Source: an uncultured Candidatus Saccharibacteria bacterium (GTDB lineage: Bacteria > Patescibacteriota > Andersenbacteria > UBA10190). From it: a stretch of DNA of 64,000 nt. The notes beneath the pieces are model-generated. The model ran no database searches and had not been told where the DNA came from. It was given only the letters and a program-made list of their open reading frames with translations. Numbering within the stretch: position 1 is the first letter of the stretch; every line of letters starts with the position of its first letter. The position numbers were made by a program, and so were the translations under genes. Shown in pieces: positions 58,575 through 64,000 of this stretch. The DNA lies in the NCBI GenBank assembly GCA_964610055.1, contig CAZSUC010000002.1, positions 18,283 to 82,282 of the forward strand, in the 5' to 3' direction.

Positions 58575-58993
58575 CGACGAAGTCGCTGCTGTAATTTTTG
58601 AATTTCAGTAGGGCCACCTTTGATAGCTTGTTCAACTTGATTACGCATTTTAGCCGGCATGCGACTTAAAAGTCCGGTCATAACATGTTGAGCGGTTACT
58701 TTAGTTTGATTAGCAGCGCGAGCAGCTTCTTCGGCAGCACTTTCAAGTTCTTTTTTGACGCGACCGCGCAACATGGCGGGGATAGGTGCTTGTTGGAGCG
58801 CTTGGTTAATAGCAGTACGGGCAGAGTCTTCCCAAGTAAGATTTCCAGATGTGTTATTAGATTTATTTTTAGGCCAAATCTTAAGCATATGTTTGACAGT
58901 TAATGATGGATATGTTGGTACTATAACGGGCTTGCTTTGGGAGGGCAAGACTGTGGTATGATGATCATCCGATGCAGCCAAGACACAAGACAA
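58565..58993 (-). CDS. PCP_red-like domain protein (start probably internal)
   Basis: C-terminal LTWEDSARTAINQALQQAPIPAMLRGRVKKELESAAEEAARAANQTKVTAQHV resembles the protochlorophyllide-reductase C-terminal (PCP_red) domain; internal Met (MLKIW) may be the real start. Confidence 0.45.
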   Translation of the reverse strand: MSCVLAASDDHHTTVLPSQSKPVIVPTYPSLTVKHMLKIWPKNKSNNTSGNLTWEDSARTAINQALQQAPIPAMLRGRVKKELESAAEEAARAANQTKVTAQHVMTGLLSRMPAKMRNQVEQAIKGGPTEIQKLQQRLRRHK

Positions 58994-59691
58994 TTTGGTT
59001 AGCTCAAGAGCCGCATAAATATATGCTGCGTCGAAGTCGACGAGCTCGTCAGCTTGCCATAAGAGTTGATGTGTGGCGTGGTATTGAAGTGGTGGTGCCG
59101 TGGCGAGTTCCGTATGTGGTGGCGCAAAAATTTGTGAGTGATAAACGAGGATGGCTAGAGGATAAGGTGAAGCAGTTGGAAATCTTACGCCGAGAAATCC
59201 CGCGTCGAAAATTGCGGTCAGGGGCGCGTTTGCCTTTGGCGGGACAAGAATGGCATTTGTATATTCATGAATTAGCAGATGGAGAAAGGTCGCGGATTAA
59301 AGAAGAAGGACGAGAGTTGCATTTGTTTGTGCCAATGGATCAAGAAGTCAGAACGATATTAGAAAGATGGTATCGACGTAAGGCGAGAGTATTTTTTGCA
59401 GAAGCAACCGCAGAGTATGCGAGCCAATTGCGTGTGAAGATAAAAAAAATTGTGATTAATGATCCTCATACTCAGTGGGGAAGCTGCTCATTTGATGGTA
59501 GATTGTCGTTTGGTTGGCGTTTAATGTTGGCACCGCGCAGAATTGGGCGGTATGTGGCAGCGCATGAAGTGGCGCATATTAAAAAACATGACCATAGTCC
59601 AGCTTTTTGGCGATTGGTTGGTCAATTAGATCCAGCGTATAAGGCACATCGTCAGTGGTTGAAGGAGCATGAACATACACTGGTGTTATAA
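58972..59691 (+). CDS. YgjP-like (DUF45) / M48-type metal-dependent hydrolase
   Basis: HEVAHIKKHDHSPAFW matches the DUF45 HExxH...NHS..FW signature. Confidence 0.75.
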   Translation: MQPRHKTIWLAQEPHKYMLRRSRRARQLAIRVDVWRGIEVVVPWRVPYVVAQKFVSDKRGWLEDKVKQLEILRREIPRRKLRSGARLPLAGQEWHLYIHELADGERSRIKEEGRELHLFVPMDQEVRTILERWYRRKARVFFAEATAEYASQLRVKIKKIVINDPHTQWGSCSFDGRLSFGWRLMLAPRRIGRYVAAHEVAHIKKHDHSPAFWRLVGQLDPAYKAHRQWLKEHEHTLVL

Positions 59692-59715
59692 ACAGATACG
59701 GCGAAAGCAAAACAT

Positions 59716-59749
59716 ATACCGCGCTACCAATGATTTGAGAGCGCGGTAT
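59716..59749. terminator. bidirectional hairpin ATACCGCGCT-N14-AGCGCGGTAT between convergent genes
   Basis: perfect 10-bp stem; T-rich stretch on minus strand downstream of the Pro-rich gene. Confidence 0.4.
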
Positions 59750-59778
59750 TGTCACCTCCAACAAAATATCATTAAACT

Positions 59779-59979
59779 TTACATGCCCTGCGTGGCGTTG
59801 TCGTCAGAAGCAGGGGCGACTGGTGTTTCAGGAGATACTGGTGCGACTGGTTCAGCTGGCATTTCTGGCGCAACAGGCGCAGTTGGTTCAGCCGGAGTAG
59901 CGGGCATTTCATCAGGCATAACTGGAGGAGTTGTAGTTTCTTCTGAGTTATTGTCATCATGTTTCCCAAATCCGAACAT
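59779..59979 (-). CDS. small Pro/Ala/Glu-rich repeat protein (66 aa)
   Basis: strong SD AAAGGAGGTGA 5 nt before ATG 59979 (track ORF starts at GTG inside the SD); repetitive PAEPVAPV-type sequence. Confidence 0.5.
   Translation of the reverse strand: MFGFGKHDDNNSEETTTPPVMPDEMPATPAEPTAPVAPEMPAEPVAPVSPETPVAPASDDNATQGM
59800..59935. repeat. imperfect ~27-bp-period tandem repeats inside the Pro-rich gene
   Basis: recurring ACTGGT/TCTGGC...GGTTCAGC units on the plus strand. Confidence 0.4.
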
Positions 59980-60035
59980 GATAATCACCTCCTTTCTGAA
60001 ATATAGACTCTAATAATTTAAGTGTATAAGAATGT

Positions 60036-60248
60036 ATGGTTGAGTGGAAGGATACCAGATTTTTATTTGCGGCCTTAGGGATGATTTTAGCTATGATTGT
60101 GGTGACGATCGTGAGATTAAATATTCCAGAAGAGTCGGAAACTATGATGGCTAACGAAACTAGAGCAACGGTGGGGGCGGGTGGATTGGCAAAGGCGTTT
60201 CCTGCAACTCGGGTCGTGGCGCCTCGAAATCCATTTGTCAAAAAATAA
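60036..60248 (+). CDS. hypothetical small membrane protein (70 aa)
   Basis: ATG start, one TM helix. Confidence 0.35.
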   Translation: MVEWKDTRFLFAALGMILAMIVVTIVRLNIPEESETMMANETRATVGAGGLAKAFPATRVVAPRNPFVKK

Positions 60249-60270
60249 ATTCAGGATAAGTATATAGCAT

Positions 60271-60828
60271 ATGTTGGGCATGACTGATATTCGTAAAGGA
60301 AAAGTGATTGTCTGGGAAGACGAGCCTTTTGTGGTGGTTTCAGCGGAATTTTTGCGAAAACAAAAAACTCGGCCAGTGATGCGGACTATTCTGAAGCATT
60401 TGGTTACAGGTGCGACTAAAGAGCATTCTTTTCATCAGTCGGATAAAGTAGCGGAAGCAGATGTCGAGCGTAAGCAGGTGCAATATTTGTATGCAAATAA
60501 TGATCGATATGTGTTTATGGACTTAGCGACTTATGAGCAAATTGAGCTGGAGGACAAAATCGTAGGAGACCAAGCAGAGTATTTGTTAGAAGGAGAAAAT
60601 GTGGAAGTATTAACATTTGAAGGCAATCCAGTTATGGTGGAGTTGCCGATTAAGGTGAAACGTCGGGTTGTAGAATCGCCGCCGGGAGTGCGAGGGGATA
60701 CTTCGACAAATGTAATGAAAGATGCCGTTTTAGAAGGTGGAGTGAAAGCAAAAGTACCATTATTTGTCAGTGAAGGGGATACTATTGTTTTGGATACGCG
60801 AACTGGAACTTACGTGGAGAGAGTATAA
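60271..60828 (+). CDS. efp: translation elongation factor P
   Basis: 185 aa, three-domain EF-P layout, C-terminal GDTIVLDTRTGTYVERV; modification-loop sequence is RKQKTRP rather than KPGKGQA. Confidence 0.85.
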   Translation: MLGMTDIRKGKVIVWEDEPFVVVSAEFLRKQKTRPVMRTILKHLVTGATKEHSFHQSDKVAEADVERKQVQYLYANNDRYVFMDLATYEQIELEDKIVGDQAEYLLEGENVEVLTFEGNPVMVELPIKVKRRVVESPPGVRGDTSTNVMKDAVLEGGVKAKVPLFVSEGDTIVLDTRTGTYVERV

Positions 60829-60891
60829 GAGCCCTTGCGATAAATTGAGGGGGTTGTATGGTAAAAAAGCCAATCATTAAATAATGATATT

Positions 60892-61746
60892 ATGGCTGCA
60901 CAAATTAAACAGAGAGAAGAAACAATTTTAGCGCAATATTTACGTGAAATGGCGACAACGCCATTGTTAACGGCTGAGCAAGAACAGGAATTAGCGCGAC
61001 AATATCAAGAGGGGCGAAGTGAGGTAGCCCGACAAGCACTAATGAAAGCTAATTTGAGGTTAGTGGTAAGTGTGGCTAAGAGGTATGCACCGAGTCATGA
61101 TCAAGATTTGTTAATGGATCTAATTCAGGAAGGGAACATCGGTTTAATGAAAGCAGTGGAGCGGTTTATGCCGGGACGAGAAACTAGATTTTCAACTTAT
61201 GGAGTTTATTGGATTAAGCAGGCGATTTTGAGAGCCTTGAAATCGCGTCGGATTGTGAGATTGCCAGAAAATGTTGTGGACCGAGTACTGGAAATACAGC
61301 GGGTTAAGCAAAAACTGTATCAATGGTTAGGGCGAGAGCCGTTGGCTGAAGAGATAGGTAAGGAAATGAATTTGCCGGTACGGGAGATTAGACGTCTGGA
61401 GGAGGTTTCGGGAGATGTGGTGTCTTTGGATCAAGTTGTAAGAGGTGATGTGGAAAGTGATATGACATTATTAAAAGATGTGTTGGAGGATAAAGAAGCT
61501 CCACAACCCGAGCGAGAGGCAAAAGATAATATGATGCAGGATATTGTGGGGCGAGCGGTTGAAGCTTTGCCTGAGCGGGAGAGAAAGATTTTAGAAATGA
61601 GATTTGGATTATCAGATAATGAACCTAAGACTTTAGAGGAAATAGGTGATCGTTTTGGCATTAGTCGAGAACGTGTGCGTCAATTACAAAATTCAGCTTT
61701 ATATCGTTTACGCAGACGTCAGGCGATCCAGCGGGCGTACAGATAG
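60892..61746 (+). CDS. RNA polymerase sigma-70 family factor (primary-like, lacking region 1.1)
   Basis: region 2 DLIQEGNIGLMKAVERF / TYGVYWIKQAI, region 4 TLEEIGDRFGISRERVRQL. Confidence 0.85.
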   Translation: MAAQIKQREETILAQYLREMATTPLLTAEQEQELARQYQEGRSEVARQALMKANLRLVVSVAKRYAPSHDQDLLMDLIQEGNIGLMKAVERFMPGRETRFSTYGVYWIKQAILRALKSRRIVRLPENVVDRVLEIQRVKQKLYQWLGREPLAEEIGKEMNLPVREIRRLEEVSGDVVSLDQVVRGDVESDMTLLKDVLEDKEAPQPEREAKDNMMQDIVGRAVEALPERERKILEMRFGLSDNEPKTLEEIGDRFGISRERVRQLQNSALYRLRRRQAIQRAYR

Positions 61747-61772
61747 ACATAAGACCGTGTTATAGTGACTGC

Positions 61773-62945
61773 ATGACAGTCCGTAATAAGTTTTTATGGG
61801 GAGCAGCGACGAGTGCTTATCAGGTAGAGGGGAATAATATACATAGTGACTGGTATCACTGGGAGAAAAAGCAAGTTAATCAAGCAAGATCCGGGAAAGC
61901 AGCAGGACATTATGAGCGTTTTCGGGATGATTTTGTGTTAGCGCGACAGTTAGGGCATAATGCTCATCGCTTTTCGTTAGAATGGGCACGCTTAGAGCCG
62001 GCAGAAGGTGAATGGAATGAGGAAGCGGTGCAGCATTATCGTGAGGTTTTATTGGCGTTACGACAAAACGGATTAGAGCCATTAGTAACTTTGTATCACT
62101 TTACGTTACCGCAATGGGTGGCGGAGCGAGGAGGCTGGCAAAATCCGCAAACTATTCATTGGTTTGCGCGGTATGTTGAGCGTATAGTTGAGGCGCTAAA
62201 GGACCAAGCGGACTTTTGGATCACAATCAATGAGCCAACTGTTTATACGGATCAGGCGTATTTTAAGGGAAATTGGCCGCCGGCGAGAAGATCATGGTAT
62301 CGCACATGGAAAGTAATAAATAATTTGATTCGAGCGCATCAAGTGACTTATAAAATTATTCATCGTCAGCAACCGCAAGCGAGAGTAGGAATTGCAAAGC
62401 ATTTTATTTGTTTTTCTCCCGAGCAAAATAGATGGGCAGACAAGTTATTAGCGGTGATACAAAGAAAAGTTTTTAACCGATATTTTTTGGAACAGACGCG
62501 AGGAACCCATGATTTTATCGGGGTGAACTATTATTTTAGCGCTACGCGACATTGGGATTGGAAAAGTTGGCGAGTTGTCACAACTCCAACTGTCGAGGCG
62601 GTTTCTGATATGGGGTGGGCACTTAATCCAGAAGGATTAACGGCTGTTTTAATGGAAGCCAAGAGATATAAGCGGCCAATTTATATTACAGAGAATGGAA
62701 TTGCTGATGCTAAAGATAACCGGAGAGGAGAATTTTTACGGTCGCATTTGCGAGCAGTAGAAGCAGCGCAAGCGCGCGGGGCTGATGTGCGAGGATATTT
62801 TTATTGGTCGTTATTAGATAATTTTGAATGGCGGTATGGGTTTAAGCCGAGGTTTGGTTTAATTGAGATTGATTACGACACAATGCAAAGGCGAATTCGT
62901 CCGTCGGCATATGTTTATCGTGCGATTATTGAGCAAGGGAAATAA
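61773..62945 (+). CDS. glycoside hydrolase family 1 beta-glucosidase
   Basis: N-terminal FLWGAATSAYQVEGN signature, TINEP acid/base and YITENG nucleophile motifs. Confidence 0.85.
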   Translation: MTVRNKFLWGAATSAYQVEGNNIHSDWYHWEKKQVNQARSGKAAGHYERFRDDFVLARQLGHNAHRFSLEWARLEPAEGEWNEEAVQHYREVLLALRQNGLEPLVTLYHFTLPQWVAERGGWQNPQTIHWFARYVERIVEALKDQADFWITINEPTVYTDQAYFKGNWPPARRSWYRTWKVINNLIRAHQVTYKIIHRQQPQARVGIAKHFICFSPEQNRWADKLLAVIQRKVFNRYFLEQTRGTHDFIGVNYYFSATRHWDWKSWRVVTTPTVEAVSDMGWALNPEGLTAVLMEAKRYKRPIYITENGIADAKDNRRGEFLRSHLRAVEAAQARGADVRGYFYWSLLDNFEWRYGFKPRFGLIEIDYDTMQRRIRPSAYVYRAIIEQGK

Positions 62946-63606
62946 GGTGAGTCCAGAACAGACGAGTGTAAGCGGCACTAACTTCATAACTCATTTTGAG
63001 GCGAGCGTAAAAACCGGGTAATAATCCATATTTAATTTCTTTGATGGTTTGAGAAAGATGAGGAAAGATTCTGTAATCGTAGCCATGCCCGTGATAACGA
63101 GCATAAAAATTAAGGGCAGCCTCAATGCGAAAGCGGCGTTTATATGGAGCTGGGACTTGATTCCAAAGTGAACGAGTGACGGCTCTTTCGCCACTTAGCA
63201 GAGGGACAATGTGTAATAGCCAGGGAAACCAAGAGAAAGCGACTCGAGGGTGCATGGCAATAAACATGTCGTGCTGACCCTGAATAACGGGAGTTAAAAT
63301 AGCAGTTATATCAGCGGTAGTAAGACCGATAACGTCAGCATCGCAAAAAAAGAAAATGTCGGATTTAGAAGCCTCAATACCTGCTTGCAAGGCAGCGCTT
63401 TTGCCTTGGTTTGAAGTGAAGCGGATTAGAGTAACCGGGTATGTGCTGACAATTGCGCTGGTGTTATCGGATGAGCCATCGTCAATAACAATAATTTCAT
63501 GGAAGGCAGAGGAAGACGTTAAAGTCTTCAGAACGAGTCCAATGCGGTTAGCTTCATTAAAAGCAGGAACAATGGCAGAAACTGGAGGTTGAGGGGGCAT
63601 GATCAA
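62926..63606 (-). CDS. family-2 glycosyltransferase (DPM1-like), paralog of the C-terminal domain of 27799..29244
   Basis: AIVPAFNEANRI ... VIDDGSSDNT ... CDADV; C-terminal region aligns with the fusion protein tail. Confidence 0.7.
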   Translation of the reverse strand: MIMPPQPPVSAIVPAFNEANRIGLVLKTLTSSSAFHEIIVIDDGSSDNTSAIVSTYPVTLIRFTSNQGKSAALQAGIEASKSDIFFFCDADVIGLTTADITAILTPVIQGQHDMFIAMHPRVAFSWFPWLLHIVPLLSGERAVTRSLWNQVPAPYKRRFRIEAALNFYARYHGHGYDYRIFPHLSQTIKEIKYGLLPGFYARLKMSYEVSAAYTRLFWTHLISLAQ

Positions 63607-63897
63607 AAAGAAAGTGCTTAGACAAAATGATTATACCTAATTTAAGAACGAGGCAGCTAGGCTGTGGATAAATGAAGATGATTATAGGTAATGAGCAGAG
63701 CGTGCAAGAAAATATGATTCAGAAAAAACGAAATAGAAGCGGAGTGTAGGGCGTAAAATGCTAATGTTTCTTTTTTGTTCACACGAATTCTACACAGGAT
63801 GTACGAATTCTTTTCGCTTCGGAAAAATTCCGGTATATTGGGATAGTGCTTTTGAAAAGAGAGCCAAGATTTAATCCTTCACTTTTGTTTCCACCAT

Positions 63898-64000
63898 ATG
63901 GTGACTGAGATTCGCAAGCGGGACGGGAAAGTGGTCCCTTTCTCCCCGGAAAAAATCACAAATGCTATTTATAAGGCTCTGCTTTCAACAGGTGAAGGTG
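63898..64000 (+). CDS. ribonucleotide reductase N-terminal ATP-cone (gene truncated by window end)
   Basis: MVTEIRKRDGKVVPFSPEKITNAIYKAL matches ATP-cone allosteric domain; 34 codons only. Confidence 0.5.
   Translation, partial: MVTEIRKRDGKVVPFSPEKITNAIYKALLSTGEG

Noticed and set aside
59669-60013. Plus-strand 114-aa ORF with GATG repeats
   Set aside because: Mirror image of the repeat region. The minus-strand ORF has a near-perfect SD and a terminator, so the plus frame is considered spurious.
63760-63830. NrdR box or cobalamin riboswitch upstream of the RNR fragment
   Set aside because: Neither the acaCwAtATaTwGtgt palindrome nor the B12-box consensus could be matched by eye. Only generic repeats are present.
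1-64000. tRNA, rRNA, tmRNA, CRISPR arrays, transposases or integrases
   Set aside because: Intergenic regions are short and lack cloverleaf-compatible GTTC/CCA patterns. No regularly spaced direct repeats and no transposase or integrase-like ORFs were seen.

Overview
This is a roughly 43-45% GC bacterial chromosomal segment. Gene content and compactness are compatible with a small-genome Gram-positive-like or candidate-phyla-type bacterium. It carries about 70 protein-coding genes, and I found no rRNA, tRNA, CRISPR array or transposase. Housekeeping genes include enolase, TypA/BipA, QueA, a Dus-family synthase, pyruvate kinase, PEP synthase, Lgt, EF-P, a primary-like sigma-70 factor, malic enzyme and a truncated ribonucleotide reductase N-terminus at the 3' edge. 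The accessory content is rich. There is a TetR-controlled HlyD-RND efflux operon with a palindromic operator. There are two paralogous MacAB-type tripartite export modules (HlyD adaptor, ABC ATPase and FtsX permease); one is fused in an operon with an OmpR/HK two-component system and DUF5666-like secreted proteins. An alpha/beta-hydrolase is fused to a GT2 glycosyltransferase, with a free-standing GT2 paralog elsewhere. A bacterial SET-domain protein is present. A NeuB-type nonulosonic acid synthase is fused to a xylose-isomerase-like TIM barrel; an acylneuraminate cytidylyltransferase and a YhcH protein lie a few kb away. A single-chain UvrD-type helicase is fused to a Cas4/AddB-like PD-(D/E)XK nuclease. 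A VKOR-DsbA pair and a second DsbA are present. The most unusual object is a ~0.95 kb GC-rich (~55%) self-contained cassette between mscS and lgt. It has a near-consensus promoter, two Shine-Dalgarno-led small ORFs of unknown function (one with a CFCPGC motif) and a terminator, and it displaces the lgt promoter. A second GC-rich single-gene unit with its own SD and terminator sits at 2.8-3.3 kb. Several regulatory candidates are visible: a TetR operator, a Pho-box-like 11-bp-period direct repeat, and a promoter plus inverted repeat upstream of a paired half-size DMT transporter.
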